In this document: in pieces, positions 17,898 to 27,577 of the stretch
Layout of the letters: every line of letters begins with the position of its first letter
Position numbering within the stretch: the first letter of the stretch is position 1
IMG/VR virus record: IMGVR_UViG_3300042560_002875
Reading direction: 5' to 3' (one strand)
DNA length: 64,000 bases
Source of the DNA: an uncultured virus (IMG/VR IMGVR_UViG_3300042560_002875)
Taxonomy: Duplodnaviria > Heunggongvirae > Uroviricota > Caudoviricetes
The notes under the pieces: model-generated
What the model was told of the DNA's origin: nothing
Databases searched by the model: none
Seen by the model: only the letters and a program-made list of their open reading frames with translations
Position numbers and translations under genes: made by a program

Positions 17898-18317
17898 ATG
17901 CCCCAAATCTCACTTCCCCTCGTTCCCATCGAGCTTCGTTGGTACAACATTCTCGACAGCGACAACTCCGAAAAGTCCAACTGGACTGAGGCCACCCTGG
18001 CTTTCGTGACCGGCCGCAAGGACGGCATCGCTGTTCGTGAGACAGCCGTCAAGGTTGGCTTTAAGTCCGACCACGCCATCGAAATGTTTGGCGAGGATGA
18101 CCCATCCGAGTCCGTCGAGATCAACGGAGTGACCTACTTCGCCAAGATCGTCCAATCCCCGGAGGAAGGGAAGCCATACCGGCTGAGTGCCCTCCAGGTC
18201 GGCATGCGCGCCTGTCAGCTCAAGCAGCTGCAGGACGCCAGGAAGCAAGCCAAAGTGATCAACATCACTGACGCTCCCAGCAAGTCCGACGACTCCGGCG
18301 AGGCTCAAACCGCCTAA
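17898..18317 (+). CDS. Hypothetical early protein
   Basis: Follows a conserved element; hairpin-T terminator at about 18344-18370. Confidence 0.7.
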   Translation: MPQISLPLVPIELRWYNILDSDNSEKSNWTEATLAFVTGRKDGIAVRETAVKVGFKSDHAIEMFGEDDPSESVEINGVTYFAKIVQSPEEGKPYRLSALQVGMRACQLKQLQDARKQAKVINITDAPSKSDDSGEAQTA

Positions 18318-18430
18318 GACCAACATCTGTTTCGGTAGCAACGAGCCCTGGCGCAAGCCGGGGCTTTTCTGCTTCAATGACCGCCACGTCAGGCATACCG
18401 CCAGACACTCCATCCTTCCATCTCACCCCT

Positions 18431-19219
18431 ATGACTGTCGCTCCACCACCTAAACCCACCACCTTTGAGCCCATTGTTCAGGCCAATAGCAGATCCCTCT
18501 TCCACCTGGCCATGGAGGCCCAGGAGATTGACGGCGAGCTTGCGATTGCCGTCGCCCAGCTCTCCTCTGAGGACCCCGAAGAGGCAGCTACTGCAGAAGA
18601 GCTCATCTCCTCTATCCTCCAACGCGCCAATACCAGCCAGCAGTCCTTGCTGGACAAGGTCAATCAAATGGCCTTTGTTGTTAAGTCACTGGAGAACCGT
18701 GCTGCTTACTTCAAGCAGCAGGTCGAGGCCTACAAGGAGAAGAGCAATCGCGACCAAGCCGATTCCGATCGCTTGCTCCGCTACCTGGTGCGAACCTTGG
18801 CGGCCCTCCATCCCGGCAAGAAGGAATTCCATCTTTCGGATTACGACCTCTGCTCGCGTCAGAGTGACTCCACCGAGATCCTGGATGACCAGCAGGTCCC
18901 GCCGGATTTGTGCCGGCACGAAATCATCATCCAAGTCCCTGCTGGCAAGGGTGACTTAGCCCCCATGCTTCACAAGGAAATCAGTGATTTCATTGCTGAG
19001 CTCATCACTGGTGTGTCGGGAGGTGATTATCTCTTGCCAACCCTTAATTCCTATCCAATCAAGAATCTTGTCAAGGAACGCATCAAGCAAAATCCAGCCC
19101 CCGAAGAAGCCCGCTCCCTCTCAGTGGCTTACGGCCCAGCAACGCATGCGGTCGTCCTGAGATCAGACGCAGTCCCTGGCGCTGAGGTCATTCGCAAGAA
19201 GACCTGGTCCGTCAAGTGA
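18431..19219 (+). CDS. Siphovirus Gp157-like protein
   Basis: Coiled coil (KVNQMAFVVKSLE...DRLLRYL) and C-terminal VPGAEV..K.TWSVK. Confidence 0.6.
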   Translation: MTVAPPPKPTTFEPIVQANSRSLFHLAMEAQEIDGELAIAVAQLSSEDPEEAATAEELISSILQRANTSQQSLLDKVNQMAFVVKSLENRAAYFKQQVEAYKEKSNRDQADSDRLLRYLVRTLAALHPGKKEFHLSDYDLCSRQSDSTEILDDQQVPPDLCRHEIIIQVPAGKGDLAPMLHKEISDFIAELITGVSGGDYLLPTLNSYPIKNLVKERIKQNPAPEEARSLSVAYGPATHAVVLRSDAVPGAEVIRKKTWSVK

Positions 19220-19409
19220 CGCTCCAGCCGCCATGGCTGCAAGTGAGTTACACCCCGACCGGAGATGGGCTAATCACGCCCATCAATGGTCGGGCCAAAA
19301 GCGCCCTCATCACTCTCTTCCCTCTCTACCAATTTGAGCGCATCGGCGAATCAGTCTTGCTCCCTCCTGAGCAGCTGAGCGCGATGTGCTCTTTCCTTTC
19401 ATCCCTCCA

Positions 19410-19991
19410 ATGCCAATTCACACCGTCACAACCCATCCCAAGCCCAGCTACAGAACCCCCGGCTGGCACTATTCCTACTTCGATAAACCCACCAACACAG
19501 GCGGGCAGTCCGTCGCTGTCTTCTCGCCCGCAATTTCAGACATCATCAAGCCTGGATTTCAGTTCGACGAAAGCCAGCTCCGCTTCGAACCAACTCTCGG
19601 TGCTTCTGTCCTCGAGTTGGACTTCCATGAGCCGCAGCAAATGGAAGAGCCTTCGATCCCTCCTGACCCTGAGGCCGGGTGGGGAGATCCTGACTATCTC
19701 CCTACCGCGGAATTAGGACACGGCAACAACGGGCATCGACCGCCCCATCCCCATACCGCCCGTAAGCGGGCCAGGGAGGAGGGGGCCCAAACCCTTCCAG
19801 CTGCTCTCGTCCGGATCGCAAGTGAAATTGCCTCCTGCTACTGCATGATATACAGGCTGATCTCGCCTGTCGTCAACGAGGCACGCCGAGCTGACGTCGC
19901 TCAGAAACTTACAGCTATTGCTTGTATTCCCTATTACAGGGCAGCAGGCGTCGAACTCAGTGAGGACGACGTCAAAGGCATGACCATGTGA
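19410..19991 (+). CDS. Hypothetical protein
   Basis: 193-aa ORF. Confidence 0.55.
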   Translation: MPIHTVTTHPKPSYRTPGWHYSYFDKPTNTGGQSVAVFSPAISDIIKPGFQFDESQLRFEPTLGASVLELDFHEPQQMEEPSIPPDPEAGWGDPDYLPTAELGHGNNGHRPPHPHTARKRAREEGAQTLPAALVRIASEIASCYCMIYRLISPVVNEARRADVAQKLTAIACIPYYRAAGVELSEDDVKGMTM

Positions 19992-20049
19992 CAAATTCTT
20001 GCGCCTGTTCAGCAGTGCGCACAACCTGCTGCGTTCATTTCGTTTGCCC

Positions 20050-20634
20050 ATGACTTCCTCTCTAGCTACTCAATCACCTGAGCTGCCCGAATGGGCCACT
20101 CCTACTCCTCCCCCTCCTCGGCCGATGACCTATGGCATCGACGTCATGGGCAATTTCTACCCCTATGACCGCAGGGACCTTGTCATTCCTGAGATCCGCG
20201 GGGCGATTACTGGTCTCCGCTTGATCCAGCTAGCGGGGAACACCGAGTCAGGGCCTCGTGATTACCTCGAGGTCCGCATGATCTTTAATACTCCCGCAAA
20301 ACAGTTTCGCCTGCTCCTACCTGCTGATGAGCGTCCCGTGGACAGAGAGCCTGGCCAGGTTTCTACTTCCAACTCCATCAAGAGCCTTCTAGGGGCGCTA
20401 CTCGTTCTTGATCTGACTACCCAGGCAGTCAAATTGATTGCCTCAAAGGGTGAGGGTCGAGTCAAAAACCGCAAGCCGACGTTCATCAATGTCTGCGTCT
20501 GCGGTCCTGACTGGAAATCCATTGCCCAAGTCAGCGCTAAAAACATCGGCGGCTCCAAAGCCGACATGGTTGCAGCCATCGCCCAAATCAATCAATCCCT
20601 TCAGCAAGGGGCAGTGGCTCTCCCCAGTCGCTAG
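20050..20634 (+). CDS. Hypothetical protein
   Basis: Follows a conserved element at about 20008. Confidence 0.65.
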   Translation: MTSSLATQSPELPEWATPTPPPPRPMTYGIDVMGNFYPYDRRDLVIPEIRGAITGLRLIQLAGNTESGPRDYLEVRMIFNTPAKQFRLLLPADERPVDREPGQVSTSNSIKSLLGALLVLDLTTQAVKLIASKGEGRVKNRKPTFINVCVCGPDWKSIAQVSAKNIGGSKADMVAAIAQINQSLQQGAVALPSR

Positions 20635-20677
20635 CCCCGTCTTCTCCTTTCACTTTCTCATCCATTTCTTAATTCTC

Positions 20678-21766
20678 ATGGCACACGAATTTACTAGCGG
20701 CCTTCTGCTTAACAACACCCCCGCCTGGCACGGCCTCGGCGAGGTCCTCGAAGGTACCATGCCCGCCCCTGACGCCTTCCGCCGAGCTGGAGCTCTCTTC
20801 CCTGTGGAGAAGCTCCAGCTCTGGGCCGGCGACCTCAACAATCCTGAGCTCCTCGATGCCATTGCCCTGGCGGCCGACCAGCCCTTCTCTACCCCGCAAG
20901 AGCGTGGAGAAGCTATCCACCAGGCCGCGCATCAACACCTGATCAACATGGCGGACAGCCGTGTTGCTATCTGGCGGCCCGACACCCGCAAGATTCTGGG
21001 CACCGCCAGCCCCGATTACAAGATCATCCCCAACCAGCGCCTGCTGGATTTCGCTTCTGCCCTACGGGAAGAATGCGACATGGATGCCGTGATCGTCCTG
21101 CGCGAGGGCGCCAAGGTGGCCTTCACTGCCAAGATCCGCGGCACTGACCAGCAGGTCATCCCTGGTGACAAGGTCTACCGCAACATCGTCGGCTACCTCG
21201 GCCACGATGGCAGCACCGCCTTCGGAGGGATCTTCACTGACACCAGGGTCGTCTGTTTGAACACCCTCGGCTACGCCATGAACGACGCTAACCGCCACGG
21301 TCGGCAGTTCACCATCAAGCACACCGAGAACGATGTGGCCCAGATCGATCAAATCCTTTCCAATATCGACATTGCTCGCCAGAGCTTTGCCCAAGTCGTC
21401 GATGAGTACCGCGCCATGCGGGAGGTGCCCATGACCACCGATCTCTACCGGCACTTCCTCGAGCAGGTCTACGAAAAGCAGATCTCACCTGTCCGCATGG
21501 ACAACGGCGGCACCCGCCCTGGCTCCATCGAAGACATGCCCCGCAAGTGGGCCAAGCTCGAGCACGCCTGGAATTACGGCCTCGGACGTGACATCCCGGG
21601 CGTTGCGGGCACCCTCTACTGGGGCCTCAATGCCGTCACCGAGGTCGAATCCTCCGGCAAGACCCAAGGCGCCGGCAAGCGCCGTATCCACTCGGCCCTC
21701 TTTGGCACCGGTGCTGGTGTCATCAAGCGGGCCAATGAAGTCGCCCGCGAACTGGTCCATGCCTGA
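20678..21766 (+). CDS. DUF932 family phage/plasmid protein
   Basis: PAWHGLG, YKIIPN, GHDGS, RVVCLNTL, GTLYWGLNAVTE motifs. Confidence 0.85.
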   Translation: MAHEFTSGLLLNNTPAWHGLGEVLEGTMPAPDAFRRAGALFPVEKLQLWAGDLNNPELLDAIALAADQPFSTPQERGEAIHQAAHQHLINMADSRVAIWRPDTRKILGTASPDYKIIPNQRLLDFASALREECDMDAVIVLREGAKVAFTAKIRGTDQQVIPGDKVYRNIVGYLGHDGSTAFGGIFTDTRVVCLNTLGYAMNDANRHGRQFTIKHTENDVAQIDQILSNIDIARQSFAQVVDEYRAMREVPMTTDLYRHFLEQVYEKQISPVRMDNGGTRPGSIEDMPRKWAKLEHAWNYGLGRDIPGVAGTLYWGLNAVTEVESSGKTQGAGKRRIHSALFGTGAGVIKRANEVARELVHA

Positions 21767-21952
21767 TCGCTTCCGTCAACAGGGCCGCGCTTGGCGGCCC
21801 TTCTCCTTTCCGCGGCCATCGGCGGATGTATCAGCGCTGGTTTGCGTTGCTTGCTGCGCGATCGCCATGTATCTAGCCCTGCACAGCCTTCTTTTCCCTG
21901 CTCTGGCCGTTCTTGGCGTTGCCGTTCTACTTCTTCCTTTTGTTCTATTCCA

Positions 21953-22228
21953 ATGACCAATCCAGTCACCACGAGGACTACACCCCAATTCATCATATTT
22001 GGCCGATTCCAGGACCTCGCAAGCCGCTTGCGTAATTGTGGTGCCTGCGTTCAGAACGATTGGAACCTGCTGGTCCAAGACAACTACGCAACCGAAGCGG
22101 AACTCAAGGCTTCCGTTGATGAAACCTGCGCTCGACTCGACGACCTTGCTGAGCAAGTGACGAACCTGAGACACCGCCTGCGCCATTTCGCTGACACATA
22201 CAAGGCGCCTGAAAGCACTGATTCCTGA
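21953..22228 (+). CDS. Hypothetical coiled-coil protein
   Basis: 91-aa ORF. Confidence 0.5.
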   Translation: MTNPVTTRTTPQFIIFGRFQDLASRLRNCGACVQNDWNLLVQDNYATEAELKASVDETCARLDDLAEQVTNLRHRLRHFADTYKAPESTDS

Positions 22229-22233
22229 TCTGG

Positions 22234-22340
22234 TTGGGTCCACTCAGCAGTGCGCATTGCCTGTTTCAGTGCGCAGTTCCCCTTATCCCTGAACTCTCTA
22301 CCTCATTTCATTCATGGCAACATTTCAGCTCACCATCAGC
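22234..22340 (+). repeat. ~107-bp direct repeat, copy 1 (element, leader and first 9 codons of the GHKL gene)
   Basis: Near-identical to 23225-23331. Confidence 0.95.
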
Positions 22341-22373
22341 CCCGAATACGTCAGTGAGCGGATGTGGCTTGAA

Positions 22374-23078
22374 TCAGCCTTGCTTCACGAGGGTAGAGAA
22401 TTTGCGCAGCTTGCGCACAGAGCCGAAGGCCGCCGCAGCACCAAGAATGGGCAGAGGGCCTGGAACGCTATCAGATACCGGAACGATCTGGGTCAGGGTT
22501 TGGGTCAACTGCTGAGGACCATCAGCTCCCGGCACGGTGTTAAGTAGAACAGAGAAGTTGCTGCTGGTGGTTCCAGGAGTGAAATTGGTTAGGGGGCTCA
22601 AGCCAGAGGTTTCATCACGGTTGACGGTTGCCACAGGATTTGTGGCTGAGGTGGCCACAGTGTAATCCGGGTTGCCTAGAGAAGAAGTGCTCGCAGGCCT
22701 CCACGAGTTGAACGTTGTGCCAGGAACAGCAGTTGCGTTGACAGCAACCGTGTAATCAAATTGGTAGCTAGGGCCATTGAAACCCGTAGCAGATGAAAAC
22801 ACCAAGGAATGGGACTGGCCGAGAGCTCCTGACTCACTGATCGCAATATTGGTGTCGAAGGGGAAAGAACCCCAGGCGGCGGTGTTGAAGCCGCTATAGG
22901 TTTTATCACCGATGGCACAACCCCCAGGATTGGCAGCGAGGAACGCGGCGAATTGAGTGAGGCTGCCGGTGGAAGAATTGGTTCCACAACCCACGTATTG
23001 AGCCTGGGCAGGGCTGCCGATGGTGAGGAGGGTAGCAGCAGAAGCACCTGCAACCGCAAGAGTTTTAAGGAATCGCAT
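22374..23078 (-). CDS. Cyanobacterial PEP-CTERM-type exported surface protein
   Basis: Signal peptide MRFLKTLAVAGA...AQA; C-terminal VPGPLPILGAAAAFGSVRKLRK. Confidence 0.85.
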   Translation of the reverse strand: MRFLKTLAVAGASAATLLTIGSPAQAQYVGCGTNSSTGSLTQFAAFLAANPGGCAIGDKTYSGFNTAAWGSFPFDTNIAISESGALGQSHSLVFSSATGFNGPSYQFDYTVAVNATAVPGTTFNSWRPASTSSLGNPDYTVATSATNPVATVNRDETSGLSPLTNFTPGTTSSNFSVLLNTVPGADGPQQLTQTLTQIVPVSDSVPGPLPILGAAAAFGSVRKLRKFSTLVKQG

Positions 23079-23224
23079 GGGTGGTCTGGGAAAATTGTGA
23101 ATGGAACTAGCCAGTGAGGTTGGCATCATTCTTTCAAAGTCATCATAGCGCATAACAGGGCACCCCCACAGCGCTCAGTGGTTTGAGTATTCAGCGCTTT
23201 CCCGGGAGCCGCTGATTCCCAGTG

Positions 23225-23331
23225 TTGGGCCCACTCAGCAGTGCACACTGCCTGTTTCAGTGCGCAGTTCCCCTTATCCCTGAACTCTCTACCTCATTTC
23301 ATTCATGGCAACATTTCAGCTCACCATCAGC
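23225..23331 (+). repeat. ~107-bp direct repeat, copy 2
   Basis: Near-identical to 22234-22340. Confidence 0.95.
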
Positions 23332-24702
23332 GTCGACGGCTTCAGCGACTGGGGCATCTACGAAGGTGTTCGCGAAGTCATCCAAAACGCCCTCGATGCC
23401 CGTGATGTTGGCCACGAGCTCTCCATCAGTCACACCGGCCGGCACCTGCGTGTCAGCAACCGTGGCGCCAGGCTGCAGCGCAATGTCTGGCTCGTGGGCC
23501 AAAGCACCAAAGCTGGTGATGGCTCCCAGCGTGGCCGCTTCGGCGAGGGCCTCAAGTTCGGTGCTCTAGCCCTAGTCCGGGCCGGTCGCCACGTCCGCTT
23601 CCTCAACGGGGAAGAATCCTGGACGCCACTCATTGCTCCATCCAAGGAGTTCGACCAGGACGTTCTCACCATCCGCACCCGTCATCTCCCCAGGGCCGCA
23701 GAGGATTTCGTCGTTGAAGTCCAGGTCACCCTTGCCGAATGGCAGTCCTTCCGTGATCGCTTCCTCGATTTCCAAGACACAACAGCCATCAAGACCACCA
23801 GCGGCCAGGTCCTGATGGAGCCCAAATTCCACGGCCAGTCCTACGTCAAGGGCATCTGGGTGGAAGGCGATGACAACCTTCAGTACGGCTACAACTTCCT
23901 CCACGCCTCGACCGATCGGGACCGGCGCATGGTCAACAACTATGACGCCAAGTACGGCAGGTTCAGGCTGTGGGAGCAGTTGTTCAACCACTTCGAGGAG
24001 AGCCGAGAAGCATTCACCGACAGCATCGGCTCTGAGTCCGTGGCCCAGCAAGTCCTGGATCTTCTGGGTTCAGGCAAGCAGGACCTCTGCTACTACGAGT
24101 TCACTACTCCCGATCAAGGCCTCCGCGCTTGCGTCGAGGGACTCTTCCAGAAAGTCCATGGCGACACGGCCATCCCTGTCCACTCCGCCTCCGACTACAA
24201 GGAGGCCGGCCACTACGGACGGGTGGGGATCCTCTCCTCCAAGCTCCTCTGTGATTTCTTCAAGGGCAGCGACCTTGATCTTGATCAGATCAAAAGGAGC
24301 GAGGTCGGTGCCATCGCTCAGGCCTACACCATCGCTGATCTCGCAGAAAGCGAGCAGGTGATCTACCTGCGTGGCATGGGATTGGTCGGCGGCGCTGGCC
24401 TTGCGCTCGAGTTGGCACCCCTGCTCGGGCGCGTCAGCATCGTCGACTTCTCTAGTCCCATCATTCTTGGTACCTATCACGCCTCCACTAGAAAAATCAG
24501 GGTCTCCCGCCGCTCCCTGGAATCGATGGAATCCTTCCTATCGGTCCTGGTCCATGAGTTGGCCCACGACTGCGGCACTGACGGCAGCGTGGAACACGAC
24601 CGGATGCAAGCTGCCATCTGGGCCAAGGCTGTCGCCTCCTTGATGGAGCAGTCCACCCCGCCAACTCTCGCCGCTAATGCTGCCTGCATCGGCGCCAACT
24701 GA
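23305..24702 (+). CDS. GHKL (HATPase_c) ATPase fused to a HExxH zincin-like domain
   Basis: REVIQNALDA, GRFGEGLK; VLVHELAH near the C-terminus. Confidence 0.8.
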   Translation: MATFQLTISVDGFSDWGIYEGVREVIQNALDARDVGHELSISHTGRHLRVSNRGARLQRNVWLVGQSTKAGDGSQRGRFGEGLKFGALALVRAGRHVRFLNGEESWTPLIAPSKEFDQDVLTIRTRHLPRAAEDFVVEVQVTLAEWQSFRDRFLDFQDTTAIKTTSGQVLMEPKFHGQSYVKGIWVEGDDNLQYGYNFLHASTDRDRRMVNNYDAKYGRFRLWEQLFNHFEESREAFTDSIGSESVAQQVLDLLGSGKQDLCYYEFTTPDQGLRACVEGLFQKVHGDTAIPVHSASDYKEAGHYGRVGILSSKLLCDFFKGSDLDLDQIKRSEVGAIAQAYTIADLAESEQVIYLRGMGLVGGAGLALELAPLLGRVSIVDFSSPIILGTYHASTRKIRVSRRSLESMESFLSVLVHELAHDCGTDGSVEHDRMQAAIWAKAVASLMEQSTPPTLAANAACIGAN

Positions 24703-25444
24703 TCCCACTCCCTCCCTCCACTCACCCCTTCTGACTCATCATGACCCTCAAGATCTACGAGCCCAACAAAAAGCAACCCTTCCTCGAGGCCAATGGCACT
24801 GCCAGATACCTCGCACGACTTGCAAGACGACACGAGCGGGCCTATGGTCCATGCGTTGTTGTGATTGCTGACGAGCGTTGTCACCTTCCCAGACCCTAGC
24901 CTGTGCCACTTATCCCAATGATCAACATCCTTGACAGACTTGTCTTACTTCTGAGCCCTGTCGCCCGTGTGCGACGTCCTGCTGGATGGTCCCTCTATGA
25001 AGGCACCTGGTATGCACCCTTCCACCACGACGGAAAGCCGATCCCTGAACGGGACTGGCTCCTTGAGGGAGACCCCCTCCCTGAGCACCCGGAATACGGG
25101 GGCTTCATCGCAGCCGCATTTCACTACGAGGCCCTGGACAATGACCTTGATCCTGGGTGCCTTGCATGCGGCGCTGCGTTTCCTGGTCACCGATCTCTAC
25201 CTGCTTCTTCAGGGGAGAGTTCGGCTGGATCAACTCATTGATGATCCACACCACTTGGCCACCTACCGGTTTGCCCTGGCTTGGCCCAGGTCAATCCCAG
25301 GCCGCCATCTCACCCTGCCCGGAATTGCTCACATCCTGGCGCGAACCTCCTGTGATGCGCGAGAAGCGTTGTGTCCACCACTGACGTTTGTTGTGCTACA
25401 CGGTGAGCCCCTCCCTTATTCACTCAGTTCTCGCATTTAATTCA

Positions 25445-25678
25445 ATGACTATCCATTTGGATTCCCTTTACGGCGGCCACTGGGGTGAACACCCAGCCTT
25501 CCCGCCTGATAACTGGGCCCACGAAGCCCTTGAGGGTTCCACCCGTCTCAGCTACTGGGACTGGGTTCAGCAACAGATCGACATCGCAGAAGAGGAGGAT
25601 CTTTCTCTTGTGGCCATGCTGATGCCCCAGACAGCAGTACCCATCCCGCCCCTGCCTGACTGGCTGCTGGAGTTCTGA
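25445..25678 (+). CDS. Small protein carrying a C-terminus copied from the 30450 gene
   Basis: WGEHP.FP...W..E.....TRLSYWDWV plus EDLSLVAMLMPQTAVPIPPLPDWLLE. Confidence 0.6.
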   Translation: MTIHLDSLYGGHWGEHPAFPPDNWAHEALEGSTRLSYWDWVQQQIDIAEEEDLSLVAMLMPQTAVPIPPLPDWLLEF

Positions 25679-25751
25679 CGATGAGTGACTCCTGGTGCTA
25701 CCCGCCTAATCCAACTATCCGGAAAAACCTCTGAGTTCAACACCTAAACCC

Positions 25752-26150
25752 ATGACTGAACCACAGCAGCACCCCAGCAGCCCGCCTCAAGAGCTGCGAG
25801 TCAAATGGAGAAAAGAAGCTCCATGGGATTATCCCGACTATATCCAAACTGACGACCTCTCTGATTATCTAATTGCCCAGGCCGCTCAATGGGCCTGGGA
25901 CCAGCGCGAGCCGGAGATTCAGGCCGCTGCAGATGCTGAGCTGGAAGCATGCTTGCATCATTTACGTACCGAGTGGTATCCACAAGCTGTGATCGATGAT
26001 CTCCGCGTCGCCCGACGCCCTGAGCCGCCGAGCTTGAAGGCGCAGGCGCTTGAACAGCTTGGGTGCATCCAAACCGATCTCAACAAGTTCGGCATGGGCA
26101 TCAGTACCGAAACAATCCGCCGCGCTATAGAGGCCCTCCCTGATGGGTAA
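25752..26150 (+). CDS. Hypothetical cyanophage protein
   Basis: AAQW..DAELEAC...LRVARRP.PPSLKAQAL module. Confidence 0.65.
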   Translation: MTEPQQHPSSPPQELRVKWRKEAPWDYPDYIQTDDLSDYLIAQAAQWAWDQREPEIQAAADAELEACLHHLRTEWYPQAVIDDLRVARRPEPPSLKAQALEQLGCIQTDLNKFGMGISTETIRRAIEALPDG

Positions 26151-26437
26151 AACGCTTCCCTCGCTTCCAACACGAATCGAAATGACCGAGATCACCCAAC
26201 CGGGCCTATTCATGGAAACGCCCGAAATCATCCAACCAGACCCGGCTCATGCCTATGCCGCTCTTGCCAGGCATGTCACTGCTATTGATATAGCGCTCAA
26301 GTGTGACAACCATGATAGACATCTCTACATTCAAGGACTGATCGAGGCTGAAGTCCAAGCAGCCATGGAAGTTATTCATCGCTACGAAAACCCCTTTTAC
26401 CGCATCACCTCCCCCGGGCCCTGAGCCGGTAATCCTT

Positions 26438-26779
26438 GTGAATCCACGCATCAAACAGCTTTGGATCAACGCCCTGCGCTCGGGCAGCTACCAGCAGGGT
26501 AGAGGCAGGCTTCGCGGCGAAGACGGCTTCTGCTGTCTCGGAGTCCTTTGCGACCTGCATCCCGGGAGCGGGTTGGAATGGAAGCAGCGTGACGGAAACT
26601 GGTCCTACCTCGGCGACCACGTTCACTACCCTCCCCGAAAAATCTGGGAATGGGCCGGTGCGCTGGATTGCGAAGGGATGCCCACCCGTGGCCCAGTCGA
26701 CGAAGTCGAGCTAGCCAAAATGAACGACAGAGGCGCCTCGTTCAACGACATCGCTGACTTTGTTGAGCAGCGGTTTTGA
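26438..26779 (+). CDS. Hypothetical phage protein, paralog 1
   Basis: W..ALRSG.YQQG...L......CCLGVLCDL...MND.GASF..IADF. Confidence 0.75.
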   Translation: MNPRIKQLWINALRSGSYQQGRGRLRGEDGFCCLGVLCDLHPGSGLEWKQRDGNWSYLGDHVHYPPRKIWEWAGALDCEGMPTRGPVDEVELAKMNDRGASFNDIADFVEQRF

Positions 26780-26835
26780 TTCCGTGGCAACCAATCACTA
26801 CCTCCCCTTCTCCCGGCTCTGAGCCGGTAATTCTC

Positions 26836-27180
26836 ATGCACGAACACATCAAAAAACTCTGGGTTGACGCCCTGCGCTCGGGTAACTACCAGCAGGGCGC
26901 TCACCATCTCCGCTGCGGGGACGCCTACTGCTGTCTGGGGGTCCTCTGTGACCTCCACAATCAAAGCAAGAGTGGACCCGGGTGGGCCAACGACTGGACC
27001 TACCTGGGCTACGACGCACATCTCCCCCTAGAGGTTTGCAAATGGGCTGCCATCATTCCTTGCGGTCTTACGGATGTCTCCGTAAAGTCATTCCAGAACT
27101 TCGGGATCAAGCTGTCCCAAATGAACGACGGAGGCGCTTCATTTGACGAGATCGCTGATTTTATAGAGCAGAATCTTTAA
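26836..27180 (+). CDS. Hypothetical phage protein, paralog 2
   Basis: Tandem paralog of 26438-26779. Confidence 0.75.
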   Translation: MHEHIKKLWVDALRSGNYQQGAHHLRCGDAYCCLGVLCDLHNQSKSGPGWANDWTYLGYDAHLPLEVCKWAAIIPCGLTDVSVKSFQNFGIKLSQMNDGGASFDEIADFIEQNL

Positions 27181-27325
27181 TTCCACGGGGGCGCAAGCTA
27201 CTGCCACCCCTTTCACATAACTCACCACCTCGCCGGCCAATGGGTCGGCTTTTTTATTGCCCTTTCTCAGCAGTGCGCACTGCTTGCTGGGCGGGCTTTC
27301 GTTTTTCTATTCAACCACTAATCAC

Positions 27326-27577
27326 ATGTATCCACGTCCCTACATGATCCGCCTGGATCACACTCCCAGGCAGGCGGAGTTCCTCTACTGGGAGCTCCTG
27401 GCTCTTCAGTCGCATTACGACTCCCTGGGTCCATCCAGTCCCTTGACCACCGATGAAGCGCTTACCCTGGCTAACACCCTGTCGCGCCTCAAGTCTGAAC
27501 TTGAAAAAGCGCAAGCCCTGGCTGATGTCCAGCTGCAGCAGCTCAAGCGTGATGTCTCTACTGACTCGGCTAAGTGA
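27326..27577 (+). CDS. Hypothetical protein
   Basis: Follows terminator and conserved element at about 27266. Confidence 0.55.
   Translation: MYPRPYMIRLDHTPRQAEFLYWELLALQSHYDSLGPSSPLTTDEALTLANTLSRLKSELEKAQALADVQLQQLKRDVSTDSAK

Noticed and set aside
11121..27290. Classical integron attC array
   Set aside because: No RYYYAAC/GTTRRRY boxes, and the integrase is distant and phage-like. Cassette behaviour is kept only as a hypothesis.
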